Counted from the stretch's first letter, positions 16,000-26,059 are shown. The stretch: 64,000 nt of DNA from Actinomycetota bacterium (GCA_012514235.1 JAAZAR010000035.1:6997-70996), one strand, 5' to 3'. Translations and numbers: made by a program. Notes: a model not told the origin generated them from the sequence alone.

Positions 16000-18900
16000 T
16001 CAGGCCGGAGTGACGGCCTCGTCATCCGCAACGAGCTCGTCGGGCACGACTGCCCGGCCCGCCGCCGCGGCCCCGGCGATCTCTCGCCGCGCCTCGGCGC
16101 GCAGCTCGTCGTCGACCGGCACCGTGACGACCAGCGCCGACCCGTCAGGCTGCCGGGCGCGGGCGGCGACGAAACACACCTCCCGGACGCTCCCCGTCCC
16201 GAGGAGAGCCTCAGCCACCAGTGCGTAGGCGGCGCCCTGCGGCCGATAGCGCGCGAGCAGCTCCTGCGGCTCCGCGACGCGGTCCGTCTTGTAGTCGACC
16301 ACGACCCAGCCTTCGTCACCCCGGAAGAGGAGGTCGACGGCGCCGCCGACGACGACTCCGTCGGTCAGCGCGCCTACGGGGACCTCCCGATACACGCGCT
16401 CGGGATCCGAGGCGGCGGCCCGGGCGGCCGCGCGTACCGGCGCAGAGCGCCAGCACGCGGCCGCCAGCTCCGCCGCCTCGGCGGCGAGATCCGGCCGCTC
16501 CAGCTCCCGTGCGGCGGCCTCCGCCATCACCTCGAGCGACGCCTCGTCGGAGAGATCGCAGAGCTCCATGACGCGGTGGACCGCCGACCCCAGTGCCAGT
16601 GCGCGCGCCCTGCCCGCGGGGGCACCGGGACCGCCGCGGCCGACGTCCTCGTCCACATGCTCCAGGCCGCTCGGGCTGGTGGCCGGAGCAGGGCGACGGG
16701 CGGCCTCGATGAGCACGCTGCGCCGGCGCGCCCAGTCTGCCCGCGAAGCCTCCAGGTCGACCTCGGCGGGTGCGCCGTCGCGGTCGTCCGCCGCCGGCGG
16801 CGCCTCTGGAGGGAGCACGAGGACCCCACCGTCCTCGACCGGAGCGTCGAGGGCGGCGGGCGCCGGCAGGACATCGGCGAGGGGCCCCAGAAGCACGCCG
16901 GCGGGCGATCCGTCCTTGTTCCGGAGGCGACCGAAGCAACTCACGACCAGGCGGTCGCGGGCACGCGTTGCCGCGACGTAGAGCAGGCGGCGAGCCTCAC
17001 TGGCCTCCATGAGCTTCTCCCGCTCCCGCAGGTCGGTGTAGCGTCGCGGCTCGAGGTCCCGGGCGGGAGCGCCCGGCAACTCGGCCTTGAGCCTGATGGC
17101 GAGCCGCCGCCGTTCGCGGTCGCCGATGGGCTCCCCGCCGTTCCCGTGGCCCGCGAGCGCCCCGCCGGCCAGGATCACGATGGGGTACTCCAGTCCCTTC
17201 GCCTTGTGGATCGTGAGGAGGTGGACGACGTCCCCGTCGTCGTCGACCTGCGACTCCTTTTCTCCGGCCGCGTCCCCGGCTTCGGCCGCCCACGAAAGGA
17301 ACGCCCCCAGGCCTCTCCCGCCGGCGCCGGAGAACGCCCGTGCCCGGTCCACGAGCTTCTGCAGGTTGGCGACGGCCTGCGGACCGGCCGGTCCCGACGC
17401 CGCCAGCACTTCGGACGCCCTGGCGGCGCGCAGCAGTTCTTGCGCCAGCTCGTGAGGCTCGGCGGAGGTGCGCCGCTCGTGCAGCCTGCGCAGGGTCGCG
17501 AGCGCCTCGGCGACGGCCGCGTGCTGCTGCGGCTGCTCGGCGAACAGGTCGAAGCGGCCACCGCCCGCCCAGAACAGGAACAGCTCGTCGTCGCTGAACC
17601 CGAAGAGCGACGAGTGCAGCGCGCCGTACACCGCCGGCCCGTCTGACGGGTCGTCCACGGCGCGCAGGCAGAGGAGCGCGTCGTCCACCTCCCGGCGGGC
17701 GAAGTACGACGCGCCGCCGTCGACCCGGTACGGCACGCCGGCGTCGCGCAACGCCTGCTCGTACGTCTCGAGGTGCGTCGTCGACCGGAACAGGATGGCG
17801 ATGTCTGCCCATCGCGGCGCGCGCCACGCCTCCCCGGCCCCGTCGTCCGCGTCCCGGTCCTGCACGGTCCAGCTCTCGTGCGCGTCGCCGTGCATGGCGA
17901 GCAGGAGCGCGGCGAGCGCCTGTCCTTCGGCTCGTCGCGCCGCCTCGGCGGCGCCCGCCGCGGTTCCGTACTCGTCCCCCAGCAGCACGGCGACGCGCGG
18001 CCCGTCCGCTCGCGGCCGGTACGCCTCCACCGGCTGGTACCCCGGTTGCCGGCCCTCCTCCCGGTCGTCGTCGAACACGCCGGCGAACACGGTGTTCACC
18101 CAGTCGACGATCGTCGGTGTCGTGCGGAAGTTCTGGCGGATGACCTCGAGCGCCCCGGCGCCGTCCGGCTGGTCTGCGATCAGCCGCTTGACCTGGTCGT
18201 ACATGCCGATGTCGGCGCGACGGAAGCGGTAGATGGACTGCTTGGGGTCGCCCACGACGAACAGCTTGCCCGGCTGCAGCACCACCTCGCGCCAGTCGTG
18301 CGCCCGAGCCGCGCGCTCGCACAGGAAGAAGACGATCTCGGCCTGCAGCGGATCGGTGTCCTGGAACTCGTCGACGAGGATGTAGGCGAAGCGCCCCTGG
18401 AGCGCGCGGCGAGCCGCGAGATCCCCGGCGAGCAGGTCGCGCAGGCGACCCAGGAGGTCGGTGAAGTCGAGTCGCCCCTGAGCGAGCTGGGCTGCCGCAG
18501 CCCACCGGGAGAACCCGTCCGCCACACCCACGGCCACCGAGGTGAGGAACGCCGCGTAGGCCTCGCGAGCGGCGCTCACTGCGGCGGCGGCGGCGCGGTA
18601 GCGCGCCCGCAGCTCGTCCTTGCCGCCCTGCGCCGGGTCCCAGTTGCCCTTGGCGCCGCCGGGAGCCGTCGGCGTGTCCTTGACGGGCAGCGCGTAGAGT
18701 GCCGCAGCCAGCTCGTCGATGTCGTCGGGCGGCCGCTCGAGCAAGGCGGTGCCCGCGTCGACGAGTTCCATGGCCGCTACGCAGCCGCGGTCGTCGGCAG
18801 TGCTGCAGGCCGAACCGCAGAACGATGCGAGGCGCGAGAGTGGGACTTCCAGCGCCTCGAGCGCGCCACGCAGGTCGGGCTCGTCCGGCCACGGGGACGC

Positions 18901-19503
18901 GGGCTCGATGTCGTAGCGCTCGCCGAACACCCCCCGGGGGCCGATCGCGAGCTCGCGCAGCCGCTCGAGGCGCACGCCGGCGCGCAGGAGCCGAGACAGG
19001 CCCCTGCGCGCCGGATCCGACTCTGCACCCGCACCGGCGAGCTCCGAGAGCCACTCATCCCAGAGCTGCGCGCGCTCGAGGTCCGATCCGAGCTGGTCCA
19101 GTTGCTCGAACGCCGGGTCGACGCCGGCCTCAACCGGGAACTCCCTGAGCAGTCGTCCGGCGAACCCGTGGATGGTGCTGATCGGGGCGTCGTCGAGCAT
19201 GTCGAGCGCCCGGGACACCACCTCGGCGCGATCCGGATCGTCGGCAGCCGCGAGCGCCTGGCGCTCGAACTCTTCCCGCACGCGCTGGCGCAGCTCCCCG
19301 GCCGCCTTCTCCGTGAACGTGATGGCGGCCACCGTGCGCACGTCGCCGGTCCCGCGTTCCGGGTCGAGAACGCAGGTGACGTACCGGTCGACGAGCACCC
19401 GGGTCTTGCCCGTCCCCGCCCCGGCCTCGAGCAGGAAGCAGGTGGTGAGGTCCGTGGTGACCCGCCGCCTGACGTCGGCGTCGCAGACGGTGCGCTCAGG
19501 CAT
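16000..19503 (-). CDS. addA: AddA/RecB-like helicase-nuclease subunit (UvrD-type motor plus C-terminal PD-(D/E)xK nuclease)
   Basis: Start set at the internal ATG 19503 (MPERTVCDADV...). Walker A AGAGTGKT, UvrD-like motifs and a C-terminal nuclease region (GAVDLLFRGDEGWVVVDYKTD) are present. The start overlaps the addB stop by 8 nt. Confidence 0.75.
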   Translation of the reverse strand: MPERTVCDADVRRRVTTDLTTCFLLEAGAGTGKTRVLVDRYVTCVLDPERGTGDVRTVAAITFTEKAAGELRQRVREEFERQALAAADDPDRAEVVSRALDMLDDAPISTIHGFAGRLLREFPVEAGVDPAFEQLDQLGSDLERAQLWDEWLSELAGAGAESDPARRGLSRLLRAGVRLERLRELAIGPRGVFGERYDIEPASPWPDEPDLRGALEALEVPLSRLASFCGSACSTADDRGCVAAMELVDAGTALLERPPDDIDELAAALYALPVKDTPTAPGGAKGNWDPAQGGKDELRARYRAAAAAVSAAREAYAAFLTSVAVGVADGFSRWAAAAQLAQGRLDFTDLLGRLRDLLAGDLAARRALQGRFAYILVDEFQDTDPLQAEIVFFLCERAARAHDWREVVLQPGKLFVVGDPKQSIYRFRRADIGMYDQVKRLIADQPDGAGALEVIRQNFRTTPTIVDWVNTVFAGVFDDDREEGRQPGYQPVEAYRPRADGPRVAVLLGDEYGTAAGAAEAARRAEGQALAALLLAMHGDAHESWTVQDRDADDGAGEAWRAPRWADIAILFRSTTHLETYEQALRDAGVPYRVDGGASYFARREVDDALLCLRAVDDPSDGPAVYGALHSSLFGFSDDELFLFWAGGGRFDLFAEQPQQHAAVAEALATLRRLHERRTSAEPHELAQELLRAARASEVLAASGPAGPQAVANLQKLVDRARAFSGAGGRGLGAFLSWAAEAGDAAGEKESQVDDDGDVVHLLTIHKAKGLEYPIVILAGGALAGHGNGGEPIGDRERRRLAIRLKAELPGAPARDLEPRRYTDLREREKLMEASEARRLLYVAATRARDRLVVSCFGRLRNKDGSPAGVLLGPLADVLPAPAALDAPVEDGGVLVLPPEAPPAADDRDGAPAEVDLEASRADWARRRSVLIEAARRPAPATSPSGLEHVDEDVGRGGPGAPAGRARALALGSAVHRVMELCDLSDEASLEVMAEAAARELERPDLAAEAAELAAACWRSAPVRAAARAAASDPERVYREVPVGALTDGVVVGGAVDLLFRGDEGWVVVDYKTDRVAEPQELLARYRPQGAAYALVAEALLGTGSVREVCFVAARARQPDGSALVVTVPVDDELRAEARREIAGAAAAGRAVVPDELVADDEAVTPA

Positions 19504-22500
19504 CGGCGTCCTCCTCCGGCGCGGCCGACTGCAGCGCCACCACGGCGCCGAGTGCGTCGTGCTCGCGCTTGCGCGCCCGCGTCCAGGCCGACACGCCACA
19601 CGCGTACCGCAGGTCGCAGCAGTCGCAGCGCTGGCGGGTGGTGCGCGGGAACATGCCCGCCTCGACCAGCGCAGCGGCGCGCGCCACCAGATCCGCCAGC
19701 CGACGCGTCGATGCTCCCTCGTCCTCGGGCAGCGGGAGGTCCTCCAGCCCTCCCCGCCGGGTGACGAAGCGGTACAGGCAGGCGATGGACCCACACTCCC
19801 CGTCCCAGGCCTGCCTCAGCGCGAGCCGGTACACCGGCAGCTGCACGCTCAGCCGATCCTTGAGGCGGGCGCGCTCAGTGCCGCCCGAGCCCGACTTGTA
19901 GTCGATGACGCGCGTGCCCGAGGGCGTGACGTCCACGCGGTCCAGGCGGCCGGCGAAGCGGACGACCCGGCCGCCGTCCAGGTCGAGCGTCACGGGACGA
20001 TCGACGACCTCACCGAACCGCCACTCCACGGCCGAGGGACGAGAGTCGAGATCCGCGAACACGGGATCGCGGCGCACCGTCTCCAGCAAGTCCTCCAGCA
20101 GCAGTTCGCGGCGGACCTCCCACGACAGGGTAGCCCCGGTGACGCCTCGGGCCTCGGCATCCGCACAACACTCGCGCCACGCCGCGACGACGGCCGCCTG
20201 CGCCTCGTCGCGGCCCAGACCACGGTCGATGACCTGCTGGTAGGCGCGCTGCAGGATCTCGTGCGCCAAGGTGCCGAACTCGAGCGCATCCATCTCGAGC
20301 GAGTCGCCGGGCTCGTCAGGCGCCTCCAGCCCAAAGATGTCGCGCAGCAGGAACGAGAACGGGCAGGAGACGTAGCGCTCGAGCCGCGTGGGGTGCAGCT
20401 CGCCGCCGAACAAGTCCAGGCCGGCGAGCGCGGCTCGCGCCTCCGCGCCGAGGAGGCCGTCCCAGGCCCCCGGCACCGGGCTGCGCGCGGAGGCCCACGC
20501 GGCCAGTCTCCGCGCGGCGGCGTCGCCGCCGCCCAGCACCGTCGCCACGTAGGAGCGGACGGCGGCGCGCCGGCCGCCCGACGCTAGCGACAGCAGCAGC
20601 GCGACGTCGCGTTCGCGCTCGTCCACCCAGACGACGTCGTCCGAGAAGACGGGTGCGCCGGCGAGCCGGCGCCACACTGGTCTGAGCGGAGCTCCGGAGA
20701 GGAACTTGTCTAGCCCCACGGGGCGGCCGGCCGCCCACGACGCGAGGCGAAGCAGGACGCGCGACGGCAGGCGGGGTCGTCCGTCGGCAGCGCTCGTCCG
20801 CGGCGCGAGCAGCACGAGTCGGGCCTGCGCCGCCTCGCAGGCGAACGCGAACTGCAGCAGGGACTCCGCCTCGCGTTGCTCGGCCAGCGGCAGCCTGACG
20901 CCGAGCGCCGTGGCGATCCTGCGCCGCTCGGCGTCGCCCAGCAGCGGGTCGGGTCTGCCGCGCGACGGGAACCCTCCCTCAGCAAGTCCGGTGAACACCA
21001 CCGTGTGGAACCCGAGGCCGCGCGCCTCGAGCGGCGTGAGGACGGCGACACCGTCGCGGCCGACGCGACCGACGGGAAGGCGCGAGGCCGTGAGCGACTC
21101 GCGGAGGACGGCGACCGCCTCCGCGAGGTCCACGTCCTCCTCGAGCACGTCCAGAGCCCGCAGACGCGACGCGGCATCGCGTGCCTGGGCAGCGGTCTCG
21201 TCGTCGAACACCGCCTCGGCCACGGTCGCGAAGAACTCCGCCCACGTTCCCCACGAGCCGCGCTCCGGCGCGGCGACGCAGACCCGCACGAGGTCGCTGG
21301 TGACGCTCAGGAGGCTCTCGGTCGCAACCAGGCGGAGGCGGACGAGGCCGGCCTTGCCGGACACCTCGTCCTCGTCGTCGACCGCCTCGGCGCCGCGAGC
21401 CTCCAGACGCTGGAGCCGACTTCGGAGACCCCGGCGTCTGTCCGCGAGACGTGAGGTCCACTGCTCGGCTCCGGCCACGACGCCGGCCTGCCGGGCCTCG
21501 TCCAGCCACAGGGCCATCTCCCCCGGCTCGCCGCCGTGGCGAAGCGGCGCGGCGGCGAGCAGGTCTATGACCGTCCGCCGCGCGAACGGCTCACCGGCCG
21601 GCGGAACCAGGCACTCCGCCAACCGTGCCAGCGCACGTGCTCCGGCGCCGCGGTCCGGGAGCCTGCAGGCGACGGGAAGCCCGGCCTCGGCGAGCGCCGA
21701 CGCCGCCTGCTCCACGTCGTCGGCGTGCGGGACCACGACGGCGCACTGCCAGGCCGGCGCGCCGTCCCGCACGGCGGCGAGCACTTCGCGGGCCGCCTCG
21801 CGCAGCTCGGCGCGCTCGTCCGCGACGGACACCACGGCGAACGTGCCGTCGCCCCGGAACCCCGGCGCCGGGAGGTCGCGCGCCCACGCCGCCCTCGCAA
21901 GGTCGCGGTCGTGCCTGGGAGGCGGCGGGGCAGCGGCCCGTGACGGCAGGCCCAGGTCACGGGCGACCGCGTACGCGCGCAGCCCCTCCGGAGGTGCGCC
22001 GGCGGGCACGGGCACGAAGATGTCGGCGCCGCCCGTCAGGAGCGCGCGTGCCAGCTGTTCCTGCGCCTGGTTGAGGTCGTAGAGCCCGAAGAGCACGGCG
22101 GCGCCGTCAAGTGGGCGCTCGGCAAGGGAGGCGGCGGCGGTCAGGTGGAGACCGGCGTCGTCGAGCAGACCGCGGCGCATCAGCTCCGTGCAGTAGGCGC
22201 CGTACAGGAGCTCGAGATCCGCGGTCTTCGCCCCCGCGGGCGCGTGCACGTGCTCGGAGGCACCCGCGCTCGGCAGTGAGGCCGTGGCGCCCCATCCGGA
22301 TGCGGGCGGGACGCACGCCTCGCGCAGGTCCGCGAACGTCGCCGCGAGCGCCTGCGCGAAGTGCGGACGCTCGAGCACGGGGGCGAAGTACTGCACGTCT
22401 CTCGCGTGGCGTGCGACGAGGCCGCGCACCAGGCGTTCACGTACCCGCGCACTCGCCACTGCAGAGGGCACCCCCGCCCGGGCCGCGACGAGGTCGGAGG

Positions 22501-22726
22501 CGAGCCTCCCGAGCGTCGCGACCGAGACGTTCGCGGTGGCGCCGAGACGGCGCACGAGGAGATCGAGCACGCGCGTGCGGACGGCGGCGGAGCCGACGAC
22601 CACGGTGACGGGCGCGAGCGGACGGCCGCCCTTGAGCTCGACGACGCGCTCGCAGAGCGCCTCCTCGAGCTGAGGGAAGCGCCCATAGACGAGCTGCCCC
22701 AGATGTCGTCCGTCCCCGCCGGTCAT
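19496..22726 (-). CDS. addB: AddB-like helicase-nuclease subunit with C-terminal nuclease and Cys cluster
   Basis: Start set at the internal ATG 22726 (MTGGDGRHLGQ...); upstream codons are an Arg-rich artefact. The C-terminus has VIDYKSGSG (nuclease motif III-like) and CDCCDLRYAC, an Fe-S-type cysteine cluster typical of AddB. Confidence 0.65.
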   Translation of the reverse strand: MTGGDGRHLGQLVYGRFPQLEEALCERVVELKGGRPLAPVTVVVGSAAVRTRVLDLLVRRLGATANVSVATLGRLASDLVAARAGVPSAVASARVRERLVRGLVARHARDVQYFAPVLERPHFAQALAATFADLREACVPPASGWGATASLPSAGASEHVHAPAGAKTADLELLYGAYCTELMRRGLLDDAGLHLTAAASLAERPLDGAAVLFGLYDLNQAQEQLARALLTGGADIFVPVPAGAPPEGLRAYAVARDLGLPSRAAAPPPPRHDRDLARAAWARDLPAPGFRGDGTFAVVSVADERAELREAAREVLAAVRDGAPAWQCAVVVPHADDVEQAASALAEAGLPVACRLPDRGAGARALARLAECLVPPAGEPFARRTVIDLLAAAPLRHGGEPGEMALWLDEARQAGVVAGAEQWTSRLADRRRGLRSRLQRLEARGAEAVDDEDEVSGKAGLVRLRLVATESLLSVTSDLVRVCVAAPERGSWGTWAEFFATVAEAVFDDETAAQARDAASRLRALDVLEEDVDLAEAVAVLRESLTASRLPVGRVGRDGVAVLTPLEARGLGFHTVVFTGLAEGGFPSRGRPDPLLGDAERRRIATALGVRLPLAEQREAESLLQFAFACEAAQARLVLLAPRTSAADGRPRLPSRVLLRLASWAAGRPVGLDKFLSGAPLRPVWRRLAGAPVFSDDVVWVDERERDVALLLSLASGGRRAAVRSYVATVLGGGDAAARRLAAWASARSPVPGAWDGLLGAEARAALAGLDLFGGELHPTRLERYVSCPFSFLLRDIFGLEAPDEPGDSLEMDALEFGTLAHEILQRAYQQVIDRGLGRDEAQAAVVAAWRECCADAEARGVTGATLSWEVRRELLLEDLLETVRRDPVFADLDSRPSAVEWRFGEVVDRPVTLDLDGGRVVRFAGRLDRVDVTPSGTRVIDYKSGSGGTERARLKDRLSVQLPVYRLALRQAWDGECGSIACLYRFVTRRGGLEDLPLPEDEGASTRRLADLVARAAALVEAGMFPRTTRQRCDCCDLRYACGVSAWTRARKREHDALGAVVALQSAAPEEDADA

Positions 22727-22782
22727 GGCCCTCGCGAGCGTATCACGCCGCCCGGACGAGTCCCGGACGCCCCCGCGCCGGG

Positions 22783-23352
22783 CTACGTCAACTCGCGGAT
22801 GAGCTCCGCGTGCGCGGGGTAGGCGGCCAGCAAGGCGTCGCGTTCGCCCATCTCGAAGTCCTCGAAGGCGAACCCAGGCGTGACCACGCAGCTCACGAGG
22901 GCCCAGGCGCGGGCGGCCGGCAGGTGCGGGCCGCCGGCGAGCCGGGCGCCCTGCCAGCTGCCGGCCGGCACGAGCGACTGAGCCAGCCAGTCGCGCCCGC
23001 CCTCCGGCGACCCCGCCGACACCTCGCCGGCCTGCTCGCGATCGCCGGCTTGCCCGGCCGCCAACTCCGCGAGGTCGCCGAGCACGCGCCGCTGGAGCTC
23101 GCCGTCGGGCGCGATCGTCACCAGCTCCAGCGGCAGCCCTCCCTGGTACACCCACAGCTCGTCGCTGGAGAGGCGGTGCAGCCTGCTCGCCGAATCCTCC
23201 GTGACCAGGAAGAGGATGGCCGTGCACGCGGGCCGCGCGCCGCGCGGCGTCTGCATCGTCTCCGCCGCGCGGTACGTCTCCAGGTAGTAGCCGCCCTCAG
23301 GGTGGGGCTGAAGCCCCAGCGTGTCGGCCAGGTGTGCAGCGGTCGGTCGCAT
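22783..23352 (-). CDS. Cupin-fold protein (DUF985-like)
   Basis: HPEGGYYLETYR is the characteristic N-terminal motif of the DUF985 cupin family. Confidence 0.5.
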   Translation of the reverse strand: MRPTAAHLADTLGLQPHPEGGYYLETYRAAETMQTPRGARPACTAILFLVTEDSASRLHRLSSDELWVYQGGLPLELVTIAPDGELQRRVLGDLAELAAGQAGDREQAGEVSAGSPEGGRDWLAQSLVPAGSWQGARLAGGPHLPAARAWALVSCVVTPGFAFEDFEMGERDALLAAYPAHAELIRELT

Positions 23353-23427
23353 GTCCGCAGCATACCCGAGGGGCGGGCGGTCGTGCCCCTCCCCGCCCGC
23401 ACACTCGTCGCACCCTGCGCTGGTAGG

Positions 23428-24903
23428 ATGCAGCCGCCGAAGGGAGTCTCCATCCAGCTGACGAGCTACGCATTCCTGTTCGCCTTCCTGCCTGTCACGC
23501 TCCTCGTGTACTGGCTACTGCCGCGAGGCGTGTGGCGACTCGCGTTCCTCGTGCTCGCATCGTGGGTCTTCGTGGGCTGGTACGACTGGCGGTCCGTGTT
23601 CATCATGGTCGGCGCCACCTTCGTCGATTGGGCGGCGGCGCTGCTCATCGCCCGCTCCTCCCGACGGCCGCCGTCCGGCGCCCCGGCCGGCGCGGACGGC
23701 GCTTCCGTCGGAGACGCCGGCCGTCGCCGCGCGATCCTCGTCCTCGCCCTGCTCGCCAACGTCGCGATCCTCGGCTACTTCAAGTATCGCGGCTTCTTCC
23801 TCGACTCGCTCGACGGCCTCGGCTCCTGGATCGGCCTCGACCTCGATCTGCCGGCGCTCAAGGTGCTCCTGCCGCTGGGCATCTCCTTCTACACGTTCAG
23901 CGCCATGAGCTACGTGATCGACGTGTACCGGGGGGATGCGCCCGCCACCCGGAGTCTCCTGCGGTACGCGGCCTTCATCGCCCTCTTCCCGCGCGCCATC
24001 GCCGGCCCCATCCTGCGCTGGCGCGACGTGGAGGGCGACTTCGCGGACCTGCCGCGCCGCCTGACGACGCGTCTGGCGGCGCTCGGGCTCTTCTTCATCG
24101 CCTGCGGCATGGCCAAGAAGCTCCTCGTCGCCGACGTCTTGCTGCCGCGCGTGGACGAGCTCTTCGCCAACGCCGCGAACCTCCGCTTCTTCAGCGGGTG
24201 GGCCGCCGCCCTCGGCTACTCCCTTCAGCTCTACTTCGACTTCAGCGGCTACTCGGACATGGCCGTCGGCATCGCGTACCTGCTCGGGTTCCACTTCCCC
24301 CAGAACTTCGACTCGCCGTACAAGGCAGCCAACCCCAGCCAGTTCTGGCGGCGCTGGCACATGACCCTCTCGTTCTGGCTGCGCGACTACGTATACATCC
24401 CGCTCGGCGGCTCGCGCCGCGGCATGAGCGTCACCGTGCGCAACCTCATGCTCACGTTCATCGTCGCCGGCATCTGGCACGGCGCGGGCTGGACGTTCAT
24501 CGTCTGGGGCCTCCTGCACGGGCTCTACCAGTCGGTCCACGCGGTGGCCCGGTCGAAGGGCATGACCCCGAAGAGCCAGTGGCTGAACCGCGGACTGACC
24601 TTCGTCGCGGTGGTCGTGGCGTGGGTGTTCTTCCGCGCCTCCACGCTGGAACAGGCCTGTCACGTGCTCAAAGCCATGACCGGCCTGAACGGCCTCGGGA
24701 GCCTCTACTCGGCGAAGGTGCAGATCGGCTACGCGTTCACGCTGCTCATCGTCGCCGGGCTCGCGTGGGTCAACCTGGCGCCGAACACGTGGGAGATCGA
24801 GCCGCGACCGACCTGGAGGTACGGCGTCGTCTTCGGCCTGCTGCTCGGCGCCGCCGTGCTCGCGATGGGCAAGCCGGCGGAGTTCGTCTACGTGCAGTTC
24901 TAG
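23428..24903 (+). CDS. MBOAT-family membrane O-acyltransferase (AlgI/DltB-like); solitary
   Basis: True start is the ATG at 23428 (MQPPKGVSIQL...), inside the longer ORF 22810..24903. Multi-TM protein with the MBOAT His region (WRRWHMTLSFWLRDY). Confidence 0.8.
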   Translation: MQPPKGVSIQLTSYAFLFAFLPVTLLVYWLLPRGVWRLAFLVLASWVFVGWYDWRSVFIMVGATFVDWAAALLIARSSRRPPSGAPAGADGASVGDAGRRRAILVLALLANVAILGYFKYRGFFLDSLDGLGSWIGLDLDLPALKVLLPLGISFYTFSAMSYVIDVYRGDAPATRSLLRYAAFIALFPRAIAGPILRWRDVEGDFADLPRRLTTRLAALGLFFIACGMAKKLLVADVLLPRVDELFANAANLRFFSGWAAALGYSLQLYFDFSGYSDMAVGIAYLLGFHFPQNFDSPYKAANPSQFWRRWHMTLSFWLRDYVYIPLGGSRRGMSVTVRNLMLTFIVAGIWHGAGWTFIVWGLLHGLYQSVHAVARSKGMTPKSQWLNRGLTFVAVVVAWVFFRASTLEQACHVLKAMTGLNGLGSLYSAKVQIGYAFTLLIVAGLAWVNLAPNTWEIEPRPTWRYGVVFGLLLGAAVLAMGKPAEFVYVQF

Positions 24904-24941
24904 GCGCTCGTCGGCCGGCCGACGAGCGCCTCACCGATTGG

Positions 24942-24975
24942 AAAGGCCCCTCGTCCAGCTGGACCGAGGGGCCTC
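24942..24975. terminator. GC-rich hairpin (GGCCCCTCG-N16-CGAGGGGCC) between the MBOAT 3' end and the rnpB 3' end; possible bidirectional terminator
   Basis: Perfect 9-bp stem with a 16-nt loop read from the sequence. It lies 39 nt after the MBOAT stop and 6 nt after the rnpB 3' end. Confidence 0.35.
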
Positions 24976-24980
24976 TCTGT

Positions 24981-25380
24981 AGCAAGCCGTAAGCCGGATC
25001 CTGTCGTGGGTGACCATCCATCTCGGGCCGTCCGTTGCCGAACGGCTCGTGCGGCCGGAACCCGGGAGTCTCGGGCGAGCAACCCTCAGACACTCCCCTA
25101 TTTGGCCTTGCACCGGGCGGGGCTTGCCGAGCCGGCCTGTCACCAGGACCGCTGGTGAGCTCTTACCTCACCGTTTCACCCTTACCCGCACCGTCGGTCG
25201 GGGCTCGCACCCCTTCGACGGCCGCTGGCGGTCTGCTCTCTGTTGCGCTTTCCCTCGGGTTTCCCCGGCTGGCCGTTAGCCAGCGCCCTGCTCTGTGGTG
25301 TCCGGACTTTCCTCGAACGGTGCCTCACGGGCGCCGAAGCGCTGCGCGACGCGTCCCGTCCGCGGCCACCTGGCTTGCGC
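24981..25380 (-). ncRNA. rnpB: RNase P RNA (bacterial type A)
   Basis: The reverse complement carries universally conserved M1-RNA blocks: GGAAAGUCCGGAC, ACAGAGAGCAGACCGCC, GGGUAAGGGUGAAACGGUG..GGUAAGAGCUCACC, GCAAGGCCAAAUAGGGG and ACGACAGGAUCCGGCUUAC. The P1 helix is GCAAGCC/GGCUUGC. No credible ORF is present. Confidence 0.8.
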
Positions 25381-25471
25381 TGCAGAGTGTACCACCGCGC
25401 TCCCGGACTCAGACATGCGGGAGCGGCCGGGGCGGTCCCGCGCGAGCGGCCGGGGCCGAGACCGTCGCAGC

Positions 25472-25996
25472 TCAGCGCCGCGGACGGTAGTGCAGCTGCA
25501 CGCAGTCTCCCGGCAGCGTACGCGTCTCCACGAGCTGCAGGCGGGCGTAGGAGTCCGCGACGGACGGGAAGAGCGGCACCCCGGACCCCAGCAGGACGGG
25601 CACCACGGTGATGACCCACAGGTCGACGAGGTCGGCGGCGGCGAAGCCGGCGAACAGCCGGCCGCCGCCGACCAGCCACACCCTGCCCTCGCCGTCACGC
25701 AGGTCCACGGCGAGCTCCGTGAGCGGACCCGGCGTGACCGTCACGTGCTCCGTCCGACCCTCGGGCAGGGTGCTCGATACCACGTAGGCGGGCACGTCGC
25801 CGTAGGGCCACGTGGCCGCGTGCTCGCGGATCCAGGTGTAGGTCCGGCGACCCATGACGATCGCGCCCACCCGGCTGAAGAACTCGTCGAAGCCCAGATC
25901 TTCGCCCTCGAGCCGGGGCAGCCAGCCGAGATCGTCATCAGGACCGGCGATGTAGCCGTCGACGCTCGCGGCAAGATAGGCGACGATCTGGCGCAT
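25472..25996 (-). CDS. Dihydrofolate-reductase-like (RibD C-terminal domain family) protein
   Basis: 174 aa. MRQIVAYLAASVDGYIAGPDDDLGWL... is the typical start of YwjB/RibD_C-family reductases. Confidence 0.6.
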   Translation of the reverse strand: MRQIVAYLAASVDGYIAGPDDDLGWLPRLEGEDLGFDEFFSRVGAIVMGRRTYTWIREHAATWPYGDVPAYVVSSTLPEGRTEHVTVTPGPLTELAVDLRDGEGRVWLVGGGRLFAGFAAADLVDLWVITVVPVLLGSGVPLFPSVADSYARLQLVETRTLPGDCVQLHYRPRR

Positions 25997-26059
25997 ACGA
26001 GCCGGGTTCCCGGGAGCGCCGCGGTCAAACCGGCGACGGCGCTCCCGGAGCGATCCCGG

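Noticed and set aside
15154-17646. 830-aa plus-strand ORF
   Set aside because: It is antisense to the YkgJ and addA genes. It has only GC-driven openness and no motifs.
24904-25471. Protein-coding ORFs 25010..25279, 25035..25490, 25182..25679 and 25243..25611
   Set aside because: This region is occupied by the RNase P RNA, whose conserved blocks are unambiguous. These ORFs are rejected as proteins.
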